Below are positions 9,777 through 18,998 of a stretch of 64,000 nucleotides of DNA, in pieces. The notes under the pieces are model-generated. The model did no database searches, was not told where the DNA came from, and saw only the letters and a program-made list of their open reading frames with translations. Source of the stretch: a candidate division CPR3 bacterium GWF2_35_18. GTDB lineage: Bacteria > Patescibacteriota > CPR3 > GWF2-35-18. Within the stretch, counting starts at the first letter, position 1, and every line of letters starts with the position of its first letter. Where the stretch lies: NCBI GenBank assembly GCA_001771135.1, contig MESW01000007.1, positions 3,563-67,562 of the forward strand, in the 5' to 3' direction. A program made the translations under genes and the position numbers.

Positions 9777-10618
9777 TCAGTTTTATAAAAAAATACCAGA
9801 AATTTCTATTAATATTTATTTTCATGATTCTATCTTTGGTTATTCTATATTTTTGTCAGACACCGGATGGTCTTTTGCATATTATTTTTTATGATGTAGG
9901 AGAAGGAGATGGAATACTTATTAAAACACCGACAGGAGAGGTAGTTCTTATTGACGGTGGACCGAATGAACAGATTATTTACAGCATATCTAATGATCTT
10001 TCGATTTTTAAACGAGAAATTGATGTCGGAATAGTATCTCATCCTCACGCTGATCATTTAATCGGTTTTATTGAAGTTTTCAGACGTTTCTATTTTAAAT
10101 CTATTTTTATTAATGATTTAGAATATCAAACCTCTGAAGTGGAGGCTTTAAAAGATGAGTTGGGAAAAAATGATAAGATTTCTAAAGAATTAGTAGCTGG
10201 TCAAAATATTCAGATGGGAGAAATATCTTTAAGAACAATTTGGCCAGAATTAGACACTCATTGTATTGATGATATTAACGAATGTTCAATAGTTTTGAGG
10301 CTTGATTACCGTGACTTTTGTGTTTATTTTATGGGAGATGTTAATAATGAAGTGCAAGGAGAAATGAGGAATCTAAAACAATGTGAGATAGTAAAAATTG
10401 CGCATCAAGGATCAAAAAACGCTATTGACGAAAGTTTTATTAAAAAAGTAATGCCAAAAATTGGAATAATTTCTGTGGGAAAAAATAATTATGGTCATCC
10501 ATATCCAGAAACTCTTAAATTACTTGAGTTAAATAAAATTAAGATATTTCGGACCGATGAGTTTGGAGATATTGAAATTATTTCCGATGGTAAAAAATAT
10601 TACATTCTTAATAGGTAA
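9761..10618 (+). CDS. ComEC C-terminal metallo-beta-lactamase domain encoded as a separate ORF
   Basis: HPHADHLIGF (HxHxDH), later H in IAHQGS; overlaps previous ORF by 16 nt in a different frame. Confidence 0.75.
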   Translation: MYQEIISFIKKYQKFLLIFIFMILSLVILYFCQTPDGLLHIIFYDVGEGDGILIKTPTGEVVLIDGGPNEQIIYSISNDLSIFKREIDVGIVSHPHADHLIGFIEVFRRFYFKSIFINDLEYQTSEVEALKDELGKNDKISKELVAGQNIQMGEISLRTIWPELDTHCIDDINECSIVLRLDYRDFCVYFMGDVNNEVQGEMRNLKQCEIVKIAHQGSKNAIDESFIKKVMPKIGIISVGKNNYGHPYPETLKLLELNKIKIFRTDEFGDIEIISDGKKYYILNR

Positions 10619-11325
10619 AAAATATCATGACATATATTTATATACTAAGTTATAGATCTATATATATTGATATATTAAAATAATATATTTACTATTCTCT
10701 AATGTTCTTGCAGTTTTATTTTCAAATAGTGTATAATAACTGGGTACATTGTAAAAATATTCTACTTCTAAAAGATAGAAATAGTAGAAAGAAGTCATTT
10801 TTTTAAAGCGATCCAGAGAATTGTGTGAGTCTGGTAAAAATGTTCTTTCGAACGAGTCTATTTTAAGTAGTTGATTGAAAAAATTCATTCCCTGGATGGA
10901 AAGTAAATCAGACGGTTGATTCCCGTAAAGAAGAATCTAATATTGAGAGTCCTCTGAAGGTTGAGAGTAGGAGGAAATCAGGGTGGTAACACGGGTAGTT
11001 TTTTATAAAGAAAACCCTCGTCCCTTGATAAATGCGTTATTTGCATTTGTCGGGAGACGAGGGTTTTTTGCGTTTAGAGAGTTAAATATAACAAAAGAGA
11101 GCATGGAATCGAAGCATCAGTTGTCTTTCGACTGCCAAATATGGCTCTTTATGCTTGTCCATGCTCTAGATAAAGTTAGCATATAACGAAAAATATTGTC
11201 AAGAGAAAAACATAATACGTTGTTGAACGGTGAAATCGCTGAAAATTTTTAGCAATTTAATCGTTAAATAACAGGCAGTAGCCTGAATAAAAATCGCACA
11301 TTCGAATAAAAAAAGGAGACAGACT

Positions 11326-11844
11326 ATGGATATCCAAATCATCCACCCAACTTTGGCGGATATTTCCGAAATCAACGCCTTAATTTTAGGGCATGGTAAT
11401 GGAGGATTACTTCCCGTTAATGACGCTGAATTTCAGCGACGTGTCGAATCGGGAGATTCCCTTATTCTCAAAATTGATGGAGTAATTGTGAGCTACATTG
11501 CGCTTACTCCTGTTAACAATCATGCTGTTGAGGTTCGTTCACTAGTCACTGAACGAGAGCTTCGGCGTCATGGCTATGGAACCGTTTTGATCACTGAAAT
11601 CTTGAAATTGGCGCAAATAAATTATCCTGATCGTATCGTGGTCGCCATGGTTTCGGGAAAATCAGAAGGAATTTTCCGGAACCATAATTTCATTGATCCT
11701 ACACCAAAAGAGTTAGGATTATTGGATGAGTTGTTAGTTTTATGTTGGACGACTTGTCCAAATTTTTCTAAACTACCTCTGGGTAAGATTTGTTGCCACA
11801 CTTTTTTGGTCTGGCATAACGGAAAAGAGGAAAGAAAGGAATAA
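11326..11844 (+). CDS. GNAT-family N-acetyltransferase (possible horizontally acquired)
   Basis: RRHGYGTVLI matches GNAT motif A (R/Q-x-x-G-x-G/A); strong SD AAGGAGA 7 nt upstream; local GC visibly higher than the surrounding sequence. Confidence 0.55.
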   Translation: MDIQIIHPTLADISEINALILGHGNGGLLPVNDAEFQRRVESGDSLILKIDGVIVSYIALTPVNNHAVEVRSLVTERELRRHGYGTVLITEILKLAQINYPDRIVVAMVSGKSEGIFRNHNFIDPTPKELGLLDELLVLCWTTCPNFSKLPLGKICCHTFLVWHNGKEERKE

Positions 11845-12022
11845 TTGAAGAGAGAGTAGAGGGGTAAGGTATTTTTAATACCATAACGCGATTTTTCGTT
11901 TTTACCCCTTTCACTCTTTTTAATTGAAACAGCAAGCTTTATTAATCAATCATAGCCTTTAAATAACTTAAAGGTTGCGGTTGTTTTATTAATTCTAATT
12001 TAAATTATTACAGGAGATACAT

Positions 12023-13408
12023 ATGCATAATAAATTTGAGAAGCAACAAGTAAATAAATTATGGGGTGAGGCTTTTAATAAAAAGCCAAAAGAAAAAGCG
12101 ATACTGTTTGCGGCAGGACGTGATGTAAGAGGTCTACCGCCTGCAGATGAACAGTTAATTCCTTATGAAATTGAGGCAAGTATCGCCTGGGTTAAGGGTT
12201 TATCTGATCAGAAAATTATTGATAAAAAGACCTTAGAAAAAATTATTGAAGGATTAAAAGAAATTAATACTTTATATGTAAAAGGGGAATTTTATCTTGA
12301 TCCTCAAAAAGAAGATGTCCACTCGAATATAGAATCATATCTTGTAAAAAAGTATGGAATTGATATAGGAGGAAGAATTCACAGCGGAAGATCAAGAAGT
12401 GAACAAGGTATTGTCGATATTATTTTGTATCTGAAAGATAAAAACCTATTTTTTAAACAAGAATTAAAGGATTTAATCGATACTCTAAATGCTTTATCTG
12501 AAAAATATCAGTATGTGATTCTTCCTGCTTATACTCACCATCAGCATGCGACAGTAATGACCTTCGGTAATATGTTAGATTGCTACACACAAACCTTCAA
12601 AAAAGATTTACAAAGGTTTAATAGTTGGAATGAGATTGAAGAAATATCTCCTCTTGGTAGTACCGCTGCTTATGGAACGACCTTCCCGGTAGATAAAAAA
12701 AAGATTAACCAATATCTAGAATTACAGAAAGAATTTACCAATGAGATCGAAGCGATTACCTTTAAGGGTGACGCAGAGGCAATGATGGTCTTCAATCTTT
12801 CGATGTTCATGAACCATCTTTCTTCTCTAGCTCAAACTTTGATCATTTTTTCGACAAAAGAGTTTGGTTTTATTCAGCTCAGTGATGAATATACAACCGG
12901 AAGTTCTATTATGCCACAAAAAAAGAATCCAGATTCGCTTGAAGTTATGAAAGCAAAAGCAGCGATGTGTCAGGGATATTTGATGAGCTTGCTGAGTATG
13001 AAAGACTCTGTTTTTATCGGATATAACAGGGATTTACAATGGGTTAAATATGTGGTTATGGATGCTATCAGTGAAGTAGAAGAAGCTCCAGAAATTATTA
13101 AAGGGGTCTTGCTTACTATGAAAATAGACTCCAAGAAAATGAAAGAGGTTGCATTTAAAGGTTTTATATTGGCTCAGGCAATCATGGAAGGACTTTCTAT
13201 CGACTACGCAATTCCAATGAGGTTAGCCAAAATGATTGTTTCAAATGCGGTGAAGAATAGTAGTGAAGCGGATGGAATTAAATTGAAGACATTAAATAAA
13301 TCGATAAATGAATATGGATTCTTGATCAAGGTGAATAAAATAAAATTTTCAGAATGGATTGATCCATACTCAGTAGCTAGTAAACAGATGAAAAAGGAGG
13401 GATTATGA
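12023..13408 (+). CDS. argH: Argininosuccinate lyase (divergent)
   Basis: LWGEAF (cf. LWGGRF), IHSGRSRSEQ (HTGRSRNDQ), PAYTHHQHATV, fumarate-lyase signature GSSIMPQKKNPD. Confidence 0.85.
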   Translation: MHNKFEKQQVNKLWGEAFNKKPKEKAILFAAGRDVRGLPPADEQLIPYEIEASIAWVKGLSDQKIIDKKTLEKIIEGLKEINTLYVKGEFYLDPQKEDVHSNIESYLVKKYGIDIGGRIHSGRSRSEQGIVDIILYLKDKNLFFKQELKDLIDTLNALSEKYQYVILPAYTHHQHATVMTFGNMLDCYTQTFKKDLQRFNSWNEIEEISPLGSTAAYGTTFPVDKKKINQYLELQKEFTNEIEAITFKGDAEAMMVFNLSMFMNHLSSLAQTLIIFSTKEFGFIQLSDEYTTGSSIMPQKKNPDSLEVMKAKAAMCQGYLMSLLSMKDSVFIGYNRDLQWVKYVVMDAISEVEEAPEIIKGVLLTMKIDSKKMKEVAFKGFILAQAIMEGLSIDYAIPMRLAKMIVSNAVKNSSEADGIKLKTLNKSINEYGFLIKVNKIKFSEWIDPYSVASKQMKKEGL

Positions 13409-13476
13409 CAAAACGATGGCGACGAAAAAATTAAAGAGATAAAAAGTTAATTATTAATTATATTTGGAGAATTAAA

Positions 13477-14724
13477 ATGAATAAAAATTATATTAAAGCT
13501 TCTTCATATGAGGCGAAAATAGGTCAAGTAAAAAAAGTCGTCCTTCTATATTCTGGAGGATTGGATACTAGTGTGATGTTGAAATGGATTCAAGATAACT
13601 ATAAAGCTAAAGTTATTGCTCTGACGATGGATTTAGGTCAGCAAGGTGATGATTTAGAATTCATTAAGAAAAAAGCCTTAAATCTTGGCGCTGAAAAAAT
13701 CTATGTAATTAATGTGAAAGACGAGTTTGCGAATGAATACATATCAAAACTTATCAAAGCAAATGGGGCTTATCAGGGAAACTATTATATTTCCACCATA
13801 TCGAGGTACTTAATGGCTAAATGGGCGATTAAGATTGCCAAACAAGAAAATGCCGATGCGATTGCACATGGGTGTACGGGTAAAGGTAATGATCAGGTAA
13901 GAATTGAAGCCTCAGCTTTAACCTTAAATCCCGATATTAAGATCATTGCTCCAGTTAGAGAGTGGTCGATGGGAAGAGATGAAGAGATAGAATATGCAGC
14001 AAAAAACGGAATTCCCGTTCCAGTAAAAAAGGACTTTCCTTACTCTGTAGATGATAATATGTGGGGAATGACTTGGGAATCAGGAGAAATCGAGGATCCA
14101 TCATTGATTCCTCCGATCGAAAAGTTTTTGAATACCCATACATTACCTGAAAATGCTCCAGATAAAGCAGAATTTATCAAGATTAAGTTTTCGAAAGGAA
14201 TTCCAGTTTCTATAAATGAAAAAGAGATGAAATTGTCGGATCTTATTATTAAGCTTAATAAAATTGCCGGAAAACATGGAGTAGGGATTGTCCATCATAT
14301 TGAGGATAGATTGGTTGGTTTGAAGGTAAGAGGTGTCTATGAAATGCCAGCAGCTCACGTTATTATGACAGCTCATAAGAATTTGGAAAAATACGTAAAC
14401 ACCATGACCGAAAACGAATTAAAAAATGTTATGGATATAAAATGGTCTTATCTGGTTTACGGTTCTAAATGGTATGAGCCTGTTTTAGAAGCTATCAATG
14501 CTTTTAATGATAAGATCAATGAAAAGGTTGAAGGGGAAGTAACAATTAAGCTATATAAAGGATCAGCTGAAGTTGTTGCCATAACTTCACCGTATGCTCT
14601 TTATGATCATAACTTAGCTACATTTATGAAAGATTATACTTTCAATCAGAATGCGAGTCCTGGTTTCGTAGAGATTTTCAGTCTACAGATGAAATTAGCA
14701 AACCAAGTAAAGAGTAAAAATTAA
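13477..14724 (+). CDS. argG: Argininosuccinate synthase
   Basis: PP-loop VVLLYSGGLDTSVML; 415 aa typical length. Confidence 0.9.
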   Translation: MNKNYIKASSYEAKIGQVKKVVLLYSGGLDTSVMLKWIQDNYKAKVIALTMDLGQQGDDLEFIKKKALNLGAEKIYVINVKDEFANEYISKLIKANGAYQGNYYISTISRYLMAKWAIKIAKQENADAIAHGCTGKGNDQVRIEASALTLNPDIKIIAPVREWSMGRDEEIEYAAKNGIPVPVKKDFPYSVDDNMWGMTWESGEIEDPSLIPPIEKFLNTHTLPENAPDKAEFIKIKFSKGIPVSINEKEMKLSDLIIKLNKIAGKHGVGIVHHIEDRLVGLKVRGVYEMPAAHVIMTAHKNLEKYVNTMTENELKNVMDIKWSYLVYGSKWYEPVLEAINAFNDKINEKVEGEVTIKLYKGSAEVVAITSPYALYDHNLATFMKDYTFNQNASPGFVEIFSLQMKLANQVKSKN

Positions 14725-14738
14725 AAATGAAGTAAAGA

Positions 14739-14780
14739 TGGAAGGAGAGGAGTTTACTCCTCTCCTTCCATTCATTATTT
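14739..14780 (+). terminator. Intrinsic terminator after argG (12-bp perfect stem TGGAAGGAGAGG / CCTCTCCTTCCA, loop AGTTTACT, T-rich tail)
   Basis: Inverted repeat read directly. Confidence 0.6.
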
Positions 14781-14919
14781 AAACATGTTAAGATAGGGAA
14801 ATATACCTAACTTTTTTGAAATTGTAAGATAAGAATTGTAGTTGGGGATACCGAATTTCTTTATTTTTACTCTTAAATTAGATTAATTCGGGTATAATTG
14901 TTCAAATATTCAAATTTTA

Positions 14920-16830
14920 ATGTCAAAAATTCAAAAGAACCCATCCCAAATCATCAAAAATCTAATTTTTCAAGCTCTTACTCAAATTGGCTTGAAAGAT
15001 AAACTAAAATTAAGTTTATCAGATATTGAAACTTCTCATTCTAAAGATTTTATATACGGTGATTATACTTCAAATATCGCTATGTCTTTGTACAGAATGT
15101 TGGCATTTGCTCTCGATTCTCATGTTTCTGGTGGGAAGAAGTCTGGAGTTATTTGGGTTCCAATTCCTGGAAAGAATTGGAGATCTCCCATAGAATTAGC
15201 TGAGGAAATAAAAAACAAAATATTAAGTGAAGATATGATTGATCGAATAGAAGTTGTCAAACCAGGATTTATCAATTTTTATTTAAATAAAAATTATCTA
15301 CTTTCAGAGCTAGATAGAATCGTTAAAGAAGAAAAAGAATATGGAAAGTTGAAGCTTTGGCAAGGTCAAAAGATCGTTGTGGAATATACCGATCCCAATC
15401 CTTTCAAGGAATTTCATATAGGACATCTTTACAGTAATACGGTAGGAGAATCTTTAACGCGTTTATTTGAATCTATGGGTGCGGAAGTAAAGAGGGCTGA
15501 TTATTTTGGAGATGTCGGTATGCATGTGGCCAAATCACTTTGGGGTTTGAGACAAAAAATGTCTAGAGAGAATACTCAACTAGCTACTTTAAAAGTAAAG
15601 ACATTGAAAGAGAGAATTAAATATTTAGGCCAAGCTTACGCAAAAGGGGCAACAGCTTATGAGGAAGATAATAAGGCAAAGAATGAAATTAAAAATATTA
15701 ACTACTTAGTTTATATCTCAGCTCAAAATTATATGAGGGAAAAGTACAATTGGGAACCGCAGGTTAATTATAAAAAATATGTTCAGTACAAAGAATCGGA
15801 ATTAAAAGAGATTTCAGAGTTTTATCAAATTGGGAGAGAATGGAGTTTATCTTATTTTGAAGAGATTTATCAGAGATTAGGGACGAAGTTTGATTTTTAC
15901 TATCCGGAAAGTATTTCGGGTGAATATGGTTTTAAAGTAGTCAAGGAATTTGCAAAAGTATTTCAAAAAAGTGAAGGTGCAATAATTTTTGACGGTGAAA
16001 AATACGGTCTACACAAGAGAGTCTTTATAAATTCGTTAGGTTTACCTACGTATGAAGCCAAAGAACTAGGTTTATCGATTAAAAAATATGAAGATTATCA
16101 ATATGATAAATCAGTAATTGTGACCGGAAATGAAATTAATGAATATTTTAAAGTTTTACTAAAGGTTTTGGGAGAGATTAAAGCAGATCTTGCAAAAAAA
16201 ACGACACATATTGGGCACGGAATGGTTCGTTTACCAGAAGGAAAAATGTCTAGTCGCACCGGAAAAATTAAAACAGGGGAATGGTTAATTGAAGAGGGAA
16301 AACTAAAAGCTTTAGAACTTATAAATAGTGATGAATTTACAGATACGGATAAAGAAAAATTAGGAGAAATAGTCGGAATTGGAGCGGTAAAATACGCTTT
16401 ACTTAAACATGGAGTAGGGCATGATATCGAATTTGATTTCAAAACCTCAGTTTCTCTAGAGGGAAACTCTGGTCCTTATCTTCAATATACGTATGCTAGA
16501 ACTAGAAGTGTTCTACGGAAAGTTAAAGATTATAAATCAAAGGTTTTAATAAACAAATTAGAGTTGAATGATCAGGAAATATCGATATTACGTACAATTT
16601 ATAAATTTTCAGAGGTGGTTACAGATTCCGCCGAGAGTTATTCTCCGAATTTAATCTGTAATTTTCTCTTTGACCTAGCTCAAAAATACAATTCATTTTA
16701 TAATGATTATCCAATTATTAAATCAGATAAAGATATCAAACAATTTCGTCTACTGCTAACAGTTGCAGTTTCTCAAATTATTAAAAACGGATTGTATTTA
16801 CTTGGAATTAAAGTTCCAGAAAGGATGTAA
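14920..16830 (+). CDS. argS: Arginyl-tRNA synthetase
   Basis: HIGH motif FHIGHLYSNTVGE; C-terminal DALR domain ending ...LGIKVPERM (universal ArgRS C-terminal Met). Confidence 0.9.
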   Translation: MSKIQKNPSQIIKNLIFQALTQIGLKDKLKLSLSDIETSHSKDFIYGDYTSNIAMSLYRMLAFALDSHVSGGKKSGVIWVPIPGKNWRSPIELAEEIKNKILSEDMIDRIEVVKPGFINFYLNKNYLLSELDRIVKEEKEYGKLKLWQGQKIVVEYTDPNPFKEFHIGHLYSNTVGESLTRLFESMGAEVKRADYFGDVGMHVAKSLWGLRQKMSRENTQLATLKVKTLKERIKYLGQAYAKGATAYEEDNKAKNEIKNINYLVYISAQNYMREKYNWEPQVNYKKYVQYKESELKEISEFYQIGREWSLSYFEEIYQRLGTKFDFYYPESISGEYGFKVVKEFAKVFQKSEGAIIFDGEKYGLHKRVFINSLGLPTYEAKELGLSIKKYEDYQYDKSVIVTGNEINEYFKVLLKVLGEIKADLAKKTTHIGHGMVRLPEGKMSSRTGKIKTGEWLIEEGKLKALELINSDEFTDTDKEKLGEIVGIGAVKYALLKHGVGHDIEFDFKTSVSLEGNSGPYLQYTYARTRSVLRKVKDYKSKVLINKLELNDQEISILRTIYKFSEVVTDSAESYSPNLICNFLFDLAQKYNSFYNDYPIIKSDKDIKQFRLLLTVAVSQIIKNGLYLLGIKVPERM

Positions 16831-16832
16831 AG

Positions 16833-17456
16833 ATGTTTTTTGTGATTGAAGGAATTGATGGGGCTGGTTGTGGAGCCCAGCGTAAAAATCTAGAAAAGCT
16901 AGCAAATATTAGCGGAAAAGAAATTGTGACGATGAAATATCCATATTATGATAATGCTTTGGGGGAAGTTTTACGTAAATTTCTGAAAGAAGGTAAAGAT
17001 CTTTCTGTGGAAATGCAGTTTTTGTTATTTGCTGGGCAAATGATCTCAGAAAAAGAGAAGATAGCAAAGTTACGAAAAGAGAAAATCATTGTTTGTGATC
17101 GCTATTTTGCTGGAACCCTAGTCTATCAAGGTTTAAAGGGTTTTGATTGGCAAAAAGGATTAAGATTTGCTAATGATTTTCACCTAGAAATTCCCGATAC
17201 GATCTTTTATTTGGATACACCGGTTGATGTTGCTAGAGAAAGGAAACAACAAGAAGAAGGTAAAAAAATCCTCGATCGTCATGAAGCTGATTTTGAATTT
17301 ACTAAAAAAGTTGATCAAAAATATAGGGAACTTATTAAGAAAAAAGTTTTTGCAAAATGGATTATGATCGATAATACGAAAACTATTGACGAAGTCACCG
17401 AAAATATTGTAAATATAACCAATAAATTAATTGAAGGAGGCAGGAATACAAAATAG
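16833..17456 (+). CDS. Thymidylate kinase family paralog with degenerate P-loop (GAGCGAQ instead of GAGKSTQ), likely not a functional kinase
   Basis: Tmk DRY motif CDRYFAGTLVYQG and LID-like region ILDRHEADFEF present; checked DNA: ggggctggttgtggagcccag = G A G C G A Q; 2-nt gap to argS stop. Confidence 0.7.
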   Translation: MFFVIEGIDGAGCGAQRKNLEKLANISGKEIVTMKYPYYDNALGEVLRKFLKEGKDLSVEMQFLLFAGQMISEKEKIAKLRKEKIIVCDRYFAGTLVYQGLKGFDWQKGLRFANDFHLEIPDTIFYLDTPVDVARERKQQEEGKKILDRHEADFEFTKKVDQKYRELIKKKVFAKWIMIDNTKTIDEVTENIVNITNKLIEGGRNTK

Positions 17457-17476
17457 ATAAGAGTATTTGAAATGCT

Positions 17477-18088
17477 TTGATCGTTTTGTGGTTCTATGCT
17501 TGTAAAATTATGGAAAGAACTTTTGTCGCAATTAAACCAGATGGTGTAATGAGGGGTTTAATTGGTGAAATCATCCGAAGGTTTGAAAATTCGGGTTTAA
17601 GATTAGTAGCTATGAAAATGCTTATGGCTGATGAAGAGAGAATTAAAGGAACTTATCACGCTACGGATAAATGGCGTTCAGAGATGGGAGAAAAAACTTT
17701 AAAAAGTTATAAAGAATTTGGAAAAGATCCTACCAGTGAGCTTGGAACTAATGAAGCTCTCGAAATTGGAAAATTAATTGAAAGTTGGATTTATGAATAC
17801 TGGAAGTCTGGCCCTATAGTTGTCATGGCTGTTGAAGGTAATCACGCGATTAAGAATGTTAGAATGATTATTGGATATACTGTTCCTACTGATGCTGTTC
17901 CCGGAACAATTCGGGGTGATTATTCTATTGACTCTCCAGTTCTTGCTAATCTGCGTAAACGCCCAATCAAAAACTTAATTCATGCTTCTGGCAGTGTAGA
18001 AGAGGCTGAGATGGAGGTCAAAAACTGGTTTACCGATAAAGAAATTGTCGAATATAAGAGAGCCGATCATTCAATTATGTTCGACTAA
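17477..18088 (+). CDS. ndk: Nucleoside diphosphate kinase with ~45 aa internal insertion (probable start at MERTF, nt 17510)
   Basis: ERTFVAIKPDGV..., catalytic His region NLIHASGSVEEAEMEV (NxxHGSDS); insertion between the FYAEH-equivalent and GPIVVMAVEG. Confidence 0.85.
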   Translation: MIVLWFYACKIMERTFVAIKPDGVMRGLIGEIIRRFENSGLRLVAMKMLMADEERIKGTYHATDKWRSEMGEKTLKSYKEFGKDPTSELGTNEALEIGKLIESWIYEYWKSGPIVVMAVEGNHAIKNVRMIIGYTVPTDAVPGTIRGDYSIDSPVLANLRKRPIKNLIHASGSVEEAEMEVKNWFTDKEIVEYKRADHSIMFD

Positions 18089-18115
18089 AGTTTTTTTTAT
18101 TAAGAATTTTTAAAA

Positions 18116-18160
18116 GGGCGATTCGGTAAAAACCGAATCGCCCTTTTGTTTTGGTTTTTT
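18116..18160 (+). terminator. Intrinsic terminator after ndk (GGGCGATTCGG / CCGAATCGCCC then T-run)
   Basis: Inverted repeat plus TTTTGTTTTGGTTTTTT. Confidence 0.65.
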
Positions 18161-18195
18161 ATTAAAGTTTAGGTATAATAATAATGTTAATATTT

Positions 18196-18272
18196 GCCGT
18201 TGTAGCTCAACTGGATAGAGCAGTTCCGTCCTAAGGAAAAGATTGCAGGTTCAAATCCTGCCAGCGGCACCA
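18196..18272 (+). tRNA. tRNA-Arg (anticodon CCT), CCA encoded
   Basis: Acceptor GCCGTTG/CAGCGGC, D-arm GCTC..GAGC, anticodon loop GTCCTAA, T-arm GCAGG TTCAAAT CCTGC, 3' ACCA. Confidence 0.8.
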
Positions 18273-18287
18273 ATATTTACAAATTAA

Positions 18288-18359
18288 CGGAGCGTAGTTC
18301 ATCGGTAGAACGCACGGTTCGGGACCGTGAAGTAGCAGGTTCAATTCCTGTCGCTCCGA
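18288..18359 (+). tRNA. tRNA-Pro (anticodon CGG), no CCA
   Basis: Acceptor CGGAGCG/CGCTCCG, anticodon arm CACGG TTCGGGA CCGTG, T-arm GCAGG TTCAATT CCTGT. Confidence 0.8.
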
Positions 18360-18386
18360 TATGTTACAATTAACTCATATGAGTTA

Positions 18387-18998
18387 ATGAAAGGGGAAGT
18401 TATGTCGCAAATAATAAATATTGAAGATCCTGAGCAAATACAACAAACTTACCCTGAATTTATTTTTCAAGAGATTCAGCTTAATAAAGATGAATATATC
18501 GTGAAAGCCTCTCGTAAACATTGGATTGTTTTCAGAAGTGCCTTTTTAGTGGGGTTTTTTATACCTTTTGTGACTATTTTTATGGCGATGTTTATTAGCA
18601 CACCATTTCTCCATATGCCAAAATTGATCGCTGATAAGTTGAGCATTGGTTTCATGTATGCTTCTCCGATATTTTTCTTTTTTGGTGTATTTATGTTTCT
18701 TTGGGAATTATTTCTTTGGTATCGTACATTCTATTTAGTGACAAGCCAAAGACTTATAAAGGTAGAACAACAAACTCTATTTAGCTCAAAAACACACCAA
18801 ATGTATCTTGACAAAGTTCAGGATGCAATTTGTAAGATATCTGGTTTCGAAGCTTTATTATATGGATATGGGGATATATCCATTCAAGGTTCATCAGAAA
18901 CAGCTCAAATAGAGTTTAAAAAAGTAGGGTATCCCAAAAAAATGCAAAAAATTATTGCTAGTGTGGCTGGTAAGGTTGTTAGGACTAATCAAGATTGA
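18387..18998 (+). CDS. Membrane protein with bacterial PH-like (YdbT/DUF304-type) domain
   Basis: Two TM helices (FLVGFFIPFVTIFMAMFI; IFFFFGVFMFLWELFLWY) flanking, then soluble beta-rich domain; architecture only. Confidence 0.4.
   Translation: MKGEVMSQIINIEDPEQIQQTYPEFIFQEIQLNKDEYIVKASRKHWIVFRSAFLVGFFIPFVTIFMAMFISTPFLHMPKLIADKLSIGFMYASPIFFFFGVFMFLWELFLWYRTFYLVTSQRLIKVEQQTLFSSKTHQMYLDKVQDAICKISGFEALLYGYGDISIQGSSETAQIEFKKVGYPKKMQKIIASVAGKVVRTNQD

Noticed and set aside
10658-10888. 76-aa minus-strand ORF in the AT-rich intergenic region
   Set aside because: Y/F/N-rich low-complexity translation of AT-rich DNA, no SD or conserved motif.
10900-11080. SRP RNA, RNase P RNA, tmRNA or a guanidine-II (mini-ykkC) riboswitch in the structured segment before the GNAT gene
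   Set aside because: Conserved signature blocks of these RNAs are not present (no GGAAAGTCCGG / AGGGTGAAA blocks for RNase P, no SRP domain IV motif, no tRNA-like ends, and GGGAGACGAGGG is not an ACGR-loop hairpin); left as an unassigned structured element.
10983-11186. 67-aa ORF upstream of the GNAT gene
   Set aside because: It spans a strong GC-rich terminator hairpin and has no SD; more likely non-coding (possible RNA element instead).
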